DNA from: Catajapyx aquilonaris
Taxonomy: Eukaryota
NCBI GenBank assembly: GCA_000934665.2
Contig: JYFJ02002866.1
Span: forward strand, 1 to 49,797
Direction of reading: 5' to 3'
Length of the DNA: 49,797 bases
The notes beneath the pieces are model-generated. The model worked only from the letters and a program-made list of their open reading frames with translations, was not told the DNA's origin and did no database searches. The position numbers and the translations under genes are program-made. Below are positions 13,811 through 26,470 of this stretch, in pieces (positions within the stretch are counted from its first letter, which is position 1; the number at the start of each line of letters is the position of its first letter).

Positions 13811-16699
13811 TCCAATGGCGCCATTCAGTATCTGCCATTATGAGAAAAAGGCTTCTGTTCTTTTACAAAATTAGTGGGTTTTCTTATGACGTTTAACGCG
13901 TCATGAACATGTCTTTTTCTGCATTGGTAATTATTTTATCATTAGTATACACACGATCTATGAGTCGAGAATACAGTATATGTTCCTGGTTCAATCTGCG
14001 CTCTGCGACCTGCCTCACACTGTTTATTCTGCTGTGAAAGACGTCTCTTTCAGGAATAGACTCCAGCAGGCCTGGTTGCCAGCCGGGTATATGTTGTCGT
14101 ACTGAAGGGTTATTTTCCTCTGTAACTGTTCGTATATTTTGATGTTATGGGAAACACCTGTGAAAATGTATCTATAAGATATTTACGTGCAGATTCTCAT
14201 ACTTTCAGAAGTTTATGATATTTTCATCACCTTTCCCAGCATACAGTCGAAACGCATATTTCACTTGGGCCGAAGATGAATGGATATTTTTGGAGCAAAG
14301 GTAATAAAAACAGTCTCTAGAACCTCCATCCTTCATGATGGGCTATCCTTCTGCCTTTGTTCAATGATTGTATGTTTATCTAATGGGGCGATCACGTGTT
14401 GTACTGTACAGTGTACACCCATCGTCCGTGTCTTATTGCTGTCATGCTTTGTCCATTTTCAGCGTCAGTCGGACTGCGTATATCCTTTCTTTCAGCTTCA
14501 ATGGGAAAACTTTGTGAAGTATTTTCTAATACACATGCTGTAGATCCACGTCAGTCTTGGCTCCACAATGGGCACGAATGGGCGTGAGAGGAAATGAATT
14601 ATCACCTGGAAAAGCTTTTCAAACGTAACTGACTCTGGTCGTCAATAACAGCAAGTATTTTGACATATTTCCCTTGCATGAAAATTTGAGCTTAATCAAT
14701 ATTAATAAGTGACTAAAATTTCACATGAAACATTTTCTTTTAACAGGATTATAGCTGTTACATCATTTTATATAAGCATCTGTGTGCGGTTATTTGGGAT
14801 ACAAGAATGTAGCTTGTGATCATGAATCATGATGCAATAATTTTGTCGTTGCTCCTGTATATATTACACTTTAATACGATAGCTATAGAAACCTTTGTGC
14901 CCTAACGTAATTTTGGAACGTGATTCTTGTCGCATTTATTATTGAGTTGATCATGTATAAATTACGCTGTAATAGCTGCAATTGTTTGTGAGCTGCAGGC
15001 TAGCCGTGTGGTTCCCTCATTGGCAAATATACTCTTTTTCTGAGAAAGCACTCACAATAATTGACACAGTTGTCTCTATTTCTCAAGGCTCTTGTCCTTG
15101 AATTTGAAGGTACTGTACTATTTAATATCCCTGCCTGGTTTTCTGCGACATAATACTCTGTGACTGTAAGACACACGTCTTATTACGGAATTGAGCGGGT
15201 TTTCCTAGGAGTCATGACCTTTTGGGTAATGTTTGTCTTACTTTTGCAAGTAACGTTGCACGAGTCATAACAAAAAAATTTATTTCTCTGAATTTGTAAC
15301 TGTTTTATCATTAGTACACACGATCTGTGAGTTGAGAATACAGTATATGTTCCTGGTTAAATCTGTACTATGCAACCTCTGTGGTACACGTCCATTTCAG
15401 TAATAGATTCCAGGCTTAGTAGCCAGCAGAGCTTATATTGGGCATAGGTACTAATTGATTCCTTGTATGGCCAGTGTGCGACAACTTTTTATCACTTCAT
15501 AACTTCTTCAGGTTACTTACGCTAATAAGAGACTAGCGCAATACTGCTAACAATTTCAATACTGCATCGCACTGTGTTTTAGATTCAGTGCTGGGAGTTG
15601 CGGAATTGTCCAGTAACTTTAGACAAAAAAAGGGGGGTGTTTCTTCGGAATAATTTCAATCCAAGGGTTTGTTATATCCTTGGCCCCACCCAGGCGCGAA
15701 ATAAGAGGCAGAAAACTGACGGTGGTATGCCATCCCCCTAAAAGGGCTCCGCCCTAGGACCGTTATGTAGTAATTTCATGGCTATCGATTTTCCTTTCCT
15801 GAAAATAGCAGATGTTCCATCACAGCCAAGAGAAAGCACGAAGGAATCAAATTAGCTCTTTGTAGCCTTCCTTTCAAACTTGTTGAAGAGTAAATTTTCT
15901 GGTCCACCTTTCCTTTTCCGGGCTTGTAATTCCCAAGTTGGGTAGTGGAGTTCGAGCTGTCATGATCACCAATAGATCAACATCCTCCCCAACAATAACA
16001 GTAGCATCTTCATTGGTTTTCGCAATCATGAGTGCTGTTTCAGGAATTTTTGTTCGTCACTGGCCGAAGGCAGTTCACTGTACAGGTACTTTATTTTGCA
16101 CACTGTGTGTGACAAACTAGTGACCTTATGACCTCCTGCATGATAAATAAGAAAATTAGAATAACGGATTATTTTCATGTTTTCAAAATTGGAAGGAGAA
16201 AATTCAAACTTGGCGGGCGTTATACCATTTGATATAGATAATAATAATAATAATAATAATAATAATCGACCTTTACTATTGTATGTGTGGTATTAACATA
16301 CAATATACCCACTCTCTTCGTTATGCCATAAAAATTTTAATGCAAAGGTGCATTAAATCGTCATACATAATTATGCCGTGTGTACCTGTTTCTGAGATGC
16401 CCAGATATCAAATTATTTGTGGACGCGCCACTTGCTGCACATTGACATGCACATCTACGACATGACACCGAGCGTGATACGCATTATCAACACGTAAGGT
16501 CGACCGATAATATTTATCTTGCCAATGTGCAATTAGCTTAATGTACGTTCTTTTCCTATTGAAGGTGTCAGGATCATATACCCTCTCCCGCTGTGAAAGT
16601 GCCAGGGTGATCAAGACAAATTGGAGGAAAAATTAAATTTAAATATTTTAAGATTATTTCATGCCATAAATTAATGGATTATTATGCTATTATCAAAAT

Positions 16700-16790
16700 G
16701 ACTTTGTGACCACGTAGATGACACTGGGTCACCGGGTGTGCCACTTCCTCTGGTCCGGTTCGGGTGACCAAGGGTATGTACAAGTCGGTG
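16700..16790 (-). pseudogene. Gustatory receptor pseudogene fragment (N-terminal)
   Basis: Minus strand reads YPWSPEPDQRKWHTR*PSVIYVV versus YPWLPNQDQRKWYTRWPSVVHVV in the adjacent GR; W codon changed to TGA. Confidence 0.8.
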
Positions 16791-17897
16791 TCTGCCCTCA
16801 TTTGCCCATATCCTATTATCATCGTGGAGGTAAGCCGCCCTTGTTTACATTTTCCTTCAACTATCATGATCATGGTATTCATATGTAACTCCAAGAATAT
16901 TCTGTGCTTGTAATAATTGCAGGTCAAATGGATATTTTCAGCATTGATCACCATACCAAACATACCATATGCCAATTCAATAAATTCTTGAAAATCTTGG
17001 TGTCTCTTTCCTTCAATGTGACCTCTTATGGAGCTTTAGACAGACGTTTTCAAGAGAAAAGGCGTGATATGTGTGTCGAAGCATACTGCGCATCACAGCA
17101 ACTACATTAATAATTGAGCCGACAATTCGTTTAACATGATGTCGCATGATGATTGTGTGAAAATAATCACTATTGAAGAGCCAAAGCAAGCCCGTCATAT
17201 TTAATAAATATTTACTGAGCCGATTTTTTTGTTTGCGACGTAATATTGCACATTATTAATAATCGTGGTTTCTATATGATGTTGTGTCCCTTGAAGGTTT
17301 TGTAGGGCTCTATTATATGTGTGCGGTGAGCAAAACTCAGTCATTAATCAAATACGGTCGGACTGGCCTTTTTCCACTTGTTCCACCTTCATCAAGTATA
17401 GTGAATGGTATTTTGAAAATGACGTATCATCAATGAATAACCTCCTTATTGTCGTCTATTGGCTTCGTCCTCCAAGTATGTCTTCTCGTGCTAGTAAACG
17501 CATTTTGGCATTTTTTTTCCTACTGGGTGCAGACATGTTTGTCGTAACGATGTCTCGACACTAATTATTTACATCGTAATGACCCTCCTTTACTGTCATT
17601 TAGTAGCGTACATTATGCAACCACTTGCGTGACAAGGACGGAATATACAGATAATCATCGACATTTACTCTGTGATATATCAATTTCCCATATATCTTCG
17701 TTTTGATTACTATATTAATGTGCCTAATTGCTGTAAGCATCAGCGGACTTTTTCCATGCAAAGGGTCATTAAATCATTATACATATGCCGTGTATGGCAA
17801 TACGAAAGTAGCATAAATATTAATTACGAGTATATTCACATAGATGGGCATATTTTATTCCAGTATATTATATTCAGTGTGGGAATATGTTGATCTC

Positions 17898-19331
17898 TTA
17901 GGTGGTAGCGAGATCAGAAGCGCTGAGGCTGGAACCTTCTGTCTCTGCTCCTTTGAACTGAGCCAGTACGATGAGATAAGTGGTGACTGCACCTGCAATC
18001 TGCACATGTCCTCATTTGTATTTCATGTATGATCTTCAATGGACATGTGACAACTTACCGATGTGAAGAGGCCGCGATTGATGGCGAAGAAATTGGCCGC
18101 GGTTATCTGGACAGGTGGACCACTCATAGTCTTCAATAGCCCCATCACCTGTGACACAATTTGCATTAGCCCAACAGGTCATATCGTTAAAAAAAATATT
18201 TTTCGCCAACCTCTGCTTTGCAGTCGTGTGTTTTGTCAATTGTTAAGACCGCAATCAGATCCTGCATTGCTGTGTTAGCCTGCACCCAGCCATCCGTCGG
18301 AAACATGTCAACATTATTTTTTCACCGACAGTACATTAGTAAATATATGGTATCCAACAAAAAAAGAAGCTCACCTCTTCGGGTATGGATCCTAGGACAA
18401 TGGTGAACGCGGCGACCAACAAAACGTTGCAGATGACTTGCAGCGAGGTCATCGCAGCTGATGCGACCACTCTCCCTCCAAAACCGATCAGAATGATATA
18501 GAACAAGTTGCCAGTGATAGACACAAAGTAAATCAAGCACATGAAAGCGATGGGAACGCCATAAAACTCAGTCACAGTCCTGACCGCTTCTATTGTCCTT
18601 CGAAGCTTCCTGGACAGATCCTGAAGCCCCAATTTGACCCTTCCTTTGTCGCTCTCTAGGCTGCAAAGTTGGCCACACATGATGCTGACGTCGCTGTTAA
18701 TCTTCTTCAACGACTCCCGAATCACTCCGGCCAGAAACACCACCTGCATTGGTGGAACCAGCAGAAGAAGCGAGGCGTGACATGTGGCCAGAATTAGCGC
18801 GATGACCGCACCTTCGAAATTGCTGCCTCCATAAGTGATCATGTCAGCCAGAGGCACACATGCACTGATGGTCATCGCAATCAGACAGACCAGCACAAGG
18901 CTCAGGGAGTACTTGCGCAGTTTGGGTCGGCTGAGTGCCACACCAATCTCCGACACTTGCTGAATCACTTGCCAGCACCTGCCCAGTCTGGTCTGCATGT
19001 AGAGGAACAGCATCCAGGGGCATACTAGTGCTGCGAAGATGGTCACAACAATGGTGGTCCTCTCGGTAGAACCTAGTTTGTCGATGTTGAGCAGGTATGA
19101 GGGAAGGCTGGTGGTTATTACGGCGATGTATGTCAGCAGAGATACCACGTGGACGACACTGGGCCAGCGAGTGTACCACTTCCTCTGGTCCTGGTTGGGT
19201 AACCAAGGGTACTCAAAATACCCTCCGATTGAACTCATGTTTCCGATGGGTCCAAACGCGGACCAAAAGACAGGCTGCGTGTCTTGGCTTTTCGGTAGAG
19301 TCCACGCGACCTGTGTGGTCAAACGAGGCAT
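17898..19331 (-). CDS. Gustatory receptor (7tm chemosensory receptor family), ~405 aa
   Basis: Exons 19331-18375, 18279-18211, 18148-18059, 17999-17898; GT-AG phase-0 introns; multiple hydrophobic segments; C-terminus ITAANFFAINRGLFTSIAGAVTTYLIVLAQF carries the GR TYhhhhhQF signature. Start codon uncertain (19331, 19364 or 19238). Confidence 0.93.
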
Positions 19332-19770
19332 TTTGTACTGTAGGATACCATGGCAGGGACCCACTTATTATTTACATTATAATTACCTGTACCAAGAGCT
19401 ATCTTGCCTGTACTGACACGCGTACCTTGTGCAAGCACCTGCGTGACAGGAACAAAAAATACGCGTAGATAATCATCGACCTTTGCTATATATGTTAGGT
19501 ACATACTGTCACCACTCTCCTCAGTATGTGATGAATATTAATACAGCTAATTGCTCTAAGCATCATTGAGTGGAACCGCAAGTTTTCCATCTCGTGCGTC
19601 AACTCGCAGCTTGACGTAAATGGGTGCGCCCCTTGCGCCTACAACAATACCATTAACCATGTTCCATTGATTAGTTGCTCAAGGTGGAAAAGGGAGTTCT
19701 CACTGTCACTCTGGTGGTGCTGTAAGTCGTTCAAATTCCTGCATAGAGTATAGTTAACATACTGGTGGCA

Positions 19771-21083
19771 ATGGCAGGCAGTCAGGTCAAGGTCCGGGCA
19801 TCTCTTTTGTTATGTGGGCCAATATACGTGGTGTCAGCCGCATTCGGATTGTTCCCTTGGCCTTTTGATGGCCACAGGGTGTGGACCAGGTGGACGTGTC
19901 TGCTCAACCTCTTCATTGTCGTTTCACTGGTTGCTGCTATCAATGCCACGAATGGTGACTCGGAGGAATTACAAGAGCTGACTCCAACGGAATGTGTCGC
20001 ATTGCTCTCTTACTTGTTGACGATATTCCTACTTCCTTTTATCAATTTCTTCATTGTGAATCTGAAGTGGAAGAAACTCAGGCTGCTGTTCGACCGAGTT
20101 GACGCCTTGAATTTAACCAGCGATGTTGCAATGCTCCGAAAATTTAGTTGGAAAACTATTGTCGCTAGTGTATTGGACGCCATATTAGTGTGCGTCTCCT
20201 GTGCTAACACTGAGAAAGTGTCTCTGTGCACTTTATGCCTTACTTTTCAAATTGCGATGATACGAAATGTCATCTTATGTCAGGTGCTTTTGATCTCAAA
20301 GGCGGTAGAAACAAAAGTAAAGCATGTCAACGAGCTAATCTTATTCACGTGCAATCAGATAGGCGATGTGTTTTCATCTCGCAAAAATTGGCATGATTTT
20401 GATCCCGAAGAATATTTTTCCACGTCAGCAAAGTGTTTCAACGAAATCCGGGAGATCACTGAGATCATGAGCCGAGAGTACGGAGCATCCATTTGCGTCA
20501 CATTCCTCGATTTTGTAGGCGAATCCGTCTTGAACATATTTGTCACGATCAATTTTTTGAAGTCACTATCCCCTCTGCATATGGTGACTGAATTTATAAC
20601 GATCACATCTAAATTAGCATGGTTGCATTTCACAATTTGCACTGTGGGAAGCATCCCTGACCAGGTGAGTTATTTGTCTGGTACAACTTGAACAATTTTT
20701 CTTTAATCCAACCAACTGAATTCCAGGCAGCCTCATCTCGGAAGGACCTTATCCGAGTCCGATTTTCTGACCTGACCCCAACCTGCAGGCGACAGGTGAG
20801 GTCACCCAGAAATCACACATTGATTGTTGATTAATCCATGACCTCCCAAGGTGTCTGCTCTGTTAGCTGAAATGGATGGTCCTCCTCTGGAGATAACTGC
20901 CGCCAACTTCTTCTCCATCAATCGCAAGCTGATGACCTCAGTGAGTACATGACCACGAGTTCAACAATTAATTATGGGATGACCTGTCCTTCTTTTGTCC
21001 AGATTGTTGCATCCATCACAACATACGTCATTGTTCTGGCGCAGTTCAGGGAATCGGACACCGGCTCAGTATCCAGCTCATAA
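19771..21083 (+). CDS. Gustatory receptor (7tm chemosensory receptor family), ~377 aa
   Basis: Exons 19771-20664, 20727-20795, 20851-20940, 21003-21083; GT-AG phase-0 introns at the same positions as the neighbour (69- and 90-nt internal exons); ITAANFFSINRKLMTSIVASITTYVIVLAQF signature. Confidence 0.93.
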
Positions 21084-21099
21084 TGTGCTTATGATCCGG

Positions 21100-21183
<84 letters not shown>

Positions 21184-21259
21184 TAGCTGTTGTTGTTATT
21201 ATTATTATTATCATTAATGGTATTATTTTGATATTATTTATTTATTATTATTATTTAGC

Positions 21260-21303
<44 letters not shown>

Positions 21304-21860
21304 GTATTATTTTGTTATTATCATTTATTATTATCATCATTGTTATTAATTAAGTGTTATTATTGTTATCATTATTATCATTGTTATTAATTAAGTGTTA
21401 ATATTATTATTAAGTGTTACTATTGTTATTAAGTGTTACTATTGTTATTAATTAAGTGTTATTATTATTATTAAGTGTTACTATTGTTATTAATTAAGTG
21501 TTATTAATCTTATTATCATTGTTATTAATTGTTACTATTGTTATTAATTAAGTGTTATTATCATTGTTATTAATTGTTATTATCATTGTTATTAATTGTT
21601 ATTATCATTGTTATTAATTGTTATTATCAGTAGTAAGTTTAGTAAGTTTTATTCACCTGCGGGGCTTTAAGGGCCCTTTTGCAGTTATTAATTGTTATTA
21701 TCATTGTTATTAATTGTTATTAATTGTTATTATTATTGTTATTATTGTTATTATTTATTTTATTTACCCCGTTAGAGGGCTGAGCCCTTTTAGGCGGGGG
21801 ACAATATGGCATTATTGTTATTATTTAATGGTATTATTCTATTGTTATAATTTAATAAAT
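21100..21860. repeat. (ATT)n microsatellite and derived AT-rich low-complexity tract
   Basis: Perfect ATT run ~21100-21183, followed by degenerate attgttattaatt-type units. Confidence 0.95.
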
Positions 21861-22816
21861 ATATTTTATGTATGATCACGGACTCGCCCAATATTTAAAG
21901 CATTTTTTTTTTTTTTTTTGAGCGGAAAGTGAAGCGAAATGATGAAAAGCAGTGGAAAGGGAACGTTCCCGCCATCTACCGGCCAAAATGCCAACTCCGG
22001 ACTGGTCTTTGGCTGAAAATGGACTGGAAGTGTTGATTGAGACTTCGGTCATAACAATTCCGGCCGCTAGATGGCATGGCAGTCGACTTCGACCCGACCT
22101 ATTCCTATTCTCATTTATTGTTATTTTGCTTTCGTAATTAGCAAATTCAGGTTCATATTTGAAGATTCCTAGGCCGATTCCTAGTAATTACAGTGCTGTT
22201 ACCTAAATGCAGTTAATTTTTATCAGTTACTCTTCAAAGTGGAAAATGACATTGCAATTGAGCATTGTTTTCGTCTCAATGCTGGTGATGGAGCCATGTG
22301 TGCCCGGGCATCATGTTGCACAACATAAACAAATCGTAGACGCGTATGACACATGGGTGCGAGCTACCTCGGCAGAACTTTGGACTGTAAACATATGTCC
22401 CTGAAAACTAGAGCTGCACCATTGCCAGTAGCACAGAAGTAGTCGGCCCGGCCAGGTTAGATTTTTTGCACACGATGTCTACAATTGACTGGAGTTTGTG
22501 CCTCTGTCCGCGGTGATGGCAGCTGCGGGCAGTACCACTTTCCTCCGCATGACCCTGGCGAGATTGGTGTGCAGCGAGTAGCAATAATGTGCAGTGATGG
22601 ACCATGCGCCATCCATGTGAGGGACGTGGTACTACTACAGGACAGTCGGGGGGGGGCAATGTTGCCAAATTTAGGCAAGGTATTCACCACTAATAATGTT
22701 ATATTAAATTGTAACTCATTCATAAATAACCTATTAATAAAGTAGATCGATTGACCTCAATTAAATAAATTGTTAATAAGGCTATTTAAGTAAATGTGCT
22801 GCTAATTGATATCAAT

Positions 22817-22925
22817 ATTAGCATGTTAATTGATAATGATTTGCATTTTAATTGACAATGATTAGCATGTTAATTGATAATGATTTGCATTTTAATTGAC
22901 AATGATTAGCGTGTTAATTGATATC
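22817..22925. repeat. 44-bp tandem repeat (~2.5 units)
   Basis: attagcatgttaattgataatgatttgcattttaattgacaatg repeated. Confidence 0.85.
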
Positions 22926-23039
22926 ATTAACATGCTAAATGATATTAATTAACTTGTTAGTAAAAATTAATATTAATAAATAGGTTATAGACATAACTTC
23001 TGTCTATATCTGATGTAACTAAGATGCGGCATATGGAAG

Positions 23040-26000
23040 CTTATTTTTGCTGATATCTTTGGCCAGTCCACATGCGTAAGAGGTAATCAGACTAATTGTT
23101 AAGTACATAACTAATAGCCTGAAATTGTAATGTTCACATATTGTTTGACCCTAGTTTAGCGAGTACATTTTTGGCCCAATGTTTTTAAAATTGGATTATT
23201 TTCCAGCGGCGGTTTTATTAAGGCAAATTAACATAAAATCTCTGATTGTGACGTGATTGGTTGTTGTTATTTGGGGGAGAAAAGAGCTGGCTTTGAACAC
23301 GTGCTGCTGGACCTGCCTGCCCAATTAGGCAGTTTTCCACCCTTGCCAAGTGTAAACAGATGCATTTTGGGAAATTTCGGAGGAAGGGCCTACCCTGCAT
23401 CTGGGGGGAAAAGTCACAATAGCGCACAAAAGGACCTCATTTCGGAAAAGGTTGTCAGGCTGGTCAGGCAGATGGTAAATAGTGCCAACAAGTGTGAGTG
23501 AATAGTGACGGATGTGCAGTGGATAGTGACACATCTATAGCAAATTAATGTAAGTAAAACACATTTTATCTGATACGACTCACTATTTCCGAAAAATATT
23601 GCTTTTGTGGCATGTGAAAAAATATTGCACTGTCACTAATTTAATAACAGCCTCGGTTATAAGAGACACGAAAGGCTGATCCCGGCAAACTTCCATAAGG
23701 CCGGCTATGTAATTTTTACTCCTGATATGACAGACTCATTTCCACCTCGGCCATAACAGACAATTTCTTGGCCGCGGCGCGGCGGGCGGTGGGGAAATGT
23801 GCTGTTTCTGATAACTCAGCTTCCTTTCCCAAGCAAGGAAAGCACTGCATAATGGAGATGGGGGTGATTTTCACATCTGTCACTGATCTAACACTTGCCG
23901 AAAAGGTCAAAATCATTCTCTTTTTGGTTGGGCAAAGAGACGGCAGGAGATAATGACGTGTTTTTTTTTTGTGCATAATTTACGAATGAACTAATTTCGT
24001 ATTTTGTAGATAGCTTCAGTATTAAATCAGTATGCAGTAGTGGGCATTATAAGCATGTGGAAAGCAGAAAACTTTCACGTGAGGTGAAATTCAGTCTGTT
24101 ACATCAGGAGTAAAAATACACATGGCCTTATGGAAGATTGAGCCGTTTGCGACTGTTATAACAGTTATAGCCGAGGCTGTTACATCCGTATTCCACTGTA
24201 TAATAATGCTAATTTAATAACATAGCCAAAATAATTTCAGTATAAAATATTGCACGCCGCTGTTACTTTGCCCATTTTAAATTCGAATTATTTCGAGAAT
24301 TGTCATTGGCTAGTCCGAACATGCGTGTAAAAATTAAATCGGTCTCGATTACACTGACCTAAAAATCGCGCATTGTGTTAGTAAGTTAAAAAAATAGCTA
24401 GCATGTACAATTTTATGGGATAAATCCGAAGCAAGTGGGCCTTGAAAGTCTTTTTAGAGGTAGACAAGTAAAACAGGTTCTCAACCAGGCTTTGGTGACA
24501 CTGAGCCTCAAATTTTCACATGGAATGACCCAGGTCTGTTATAGCCGTATCGCCTGTTTAGCAACAAACACGCACAGTTTTGTGCTTTCCATGTGCCAAT
24601 AATGCACACGACTGCGTACCTACTAATTAATGAAACTATCCACAAAAAATCAGTAATTTTCCTCTGCCGTCTCCTTGTTGCCAAATATGCCAGAAAAAGT
24701 ATGATTTTGAGTAACTTATATCAGTGACAGATACGAAAATCACCCCGATACAGTAATTATGCAGTGCTCTTTTCACGTGGAAAAGGTATCCCGCCGAGAG
24801 GCCCCCCAAAAAATGGTGTTATATAGCCGAAATTAGTGTTACATCAGGAGTAAAAATACACAGGGTCTTATGGAAGTTACCTGGGATCGGTCTTTCGAGT
24901 TTGTTATAGCCGAGGCTGTTATATCCGGAGTCAACTGTATAACCCAATAATGTTCATAATTGTTCGTAATGCATGCCTATGTTACTTTGCCCATTTTTAA
25001 ACCGAATTATTTCGAGAATATGTCATTGGCAAACAGGATATGTGTGGAAAAAAAATTATGATTTAATTGAAACATTAATTTTTAACGGGTTTTTGTTTTA
25101 GTAAGTTTCAAATAATGACCGGTTTTTTGGTAGAATCCGGAGCAGGTGTTTCTAGCGATAAACTAGAACAGGTTTTCAACCAGGCTTTGGTGACAGTGAC
25201 CCTCATATTTTGACAAAAACAGCTAGTATTTTGTCCACGATTGTTGGACACTGGAGCAATCATGCGCCAAGAATTATTTGTAACGAACAAGTGATGTAAG
25301 CGATGATGTACAGTACATTGTACTTCTCAACCATAACAATAGACTGGGAAATGGTTGACACATGTGATTAAGCTCTCTTTTTTTAAATTCGTTTAAAAAT
25401 AAAGTCAGTAATTTTCCGATGCAACTAGATGCGCCATAATTTTTTGCTGATATCTTTGGCCAGTCCACACTCATAATAGCTAATCATACAAATATTGTGA
25501 AGTATATAACTAATAGGGCAAAATTATAATATTCACCATATTTTGGCCTAATTTTAGTATACCGTATGTACCGCCGAATCGAGTACATTTTTGGTCCAAT
25601 GTTTTTAAAATTGCATTATATTCCAGCCCCGGTTTTATTAAGGCAAATTAACAGAAAATCTCCGATTGTGACGTGTCTTTCTACATTGTTGTTATTTGAG
25701 GGAGAAAAGAGCTGGCTGAAAAACCCACCCTATAAGAACACGTGCTGGACCTGCCTGCCCAATTAGGCAGTTTTCCACACTTGCCAAGTGTAAACAGATG
25801 CTTTTTGGGAAACCGAGAAAGGGTCAACCGGGCATTTAGGGTGAAGACTAGAGTCACAAAGGACCTTCATTTCGAAAAAGTTTGTCCGGGGTGGTCAGAC
25901 TGATGGTGAATAGTGCCAACAAGTGTTGAGTGAATAGTGACTGTTGTGCAGTGGATAGTGACACATCGACACCAAATTAATGTAAGTAAAATACATTTTA

Positions 26001-26470
26001 TCTGATACGACTCACTATTTTCGAAAAATTGCTTTTGTGACATGTGAAAAATATTGCACTGTTACTAATTTAATACTTATGCAGTTGGCTACTGATATAA
26101 CAGCCTCGGTTGTAACGGACTCGAAAGGCTGATCCATAAGGCCGGCTGTGTATTTTTACTCCTGATATAACATACTCATTTCCACCTTGGCCATAACAGA
26201 CAATTAAATCGGGCTTGATCACACTGAACTAATAAATTTTAACACGCATTGTTTGAGTAAGTTTAAAATAATGACCACTTTTAGTGGGATAATTTCGGAG
26301 CAGGTGCGCCTTGCAGGTGTTGCTACAGCTATAGACAAAAACAGGTTTTGAGCCAAGCTTTGGTGACAATGACCTTCAAATTTTGACAAAAATAGCTATA
26401 TTTCAGTAGCTGTTGAACATACTGGAGCAATCATGTGCCGGGAATTATTCGTAAACAAGTAATGTAAGCC
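23040..26470. mobile_element. Cluster of duplicated pogo/Tc1-mariner-like MITE fragments
   Basis: Direct repeat 23040-23760 vs 25440-26200. ~100-bp terminal-repeat-like units (ataacagcctcgg...tttttactcctgat) at 23644 and 26082 (plus) and 24096-24198 and 24836-24938 (inverted), the inverted ones ending ACTG|TA. Confidence 0.65.

Noticed and set aside
20995..21186. Poly-isoleucine ORF
   Set aside because: Translation of the (ATT)n microsatellite, out of frame with the last GR exon.
22450..22640. GKWYCP, PHD-finger-like peptide on the minus strand
   Set aside because: The remaining Cys/His ligands are not in register; support is insufficient.
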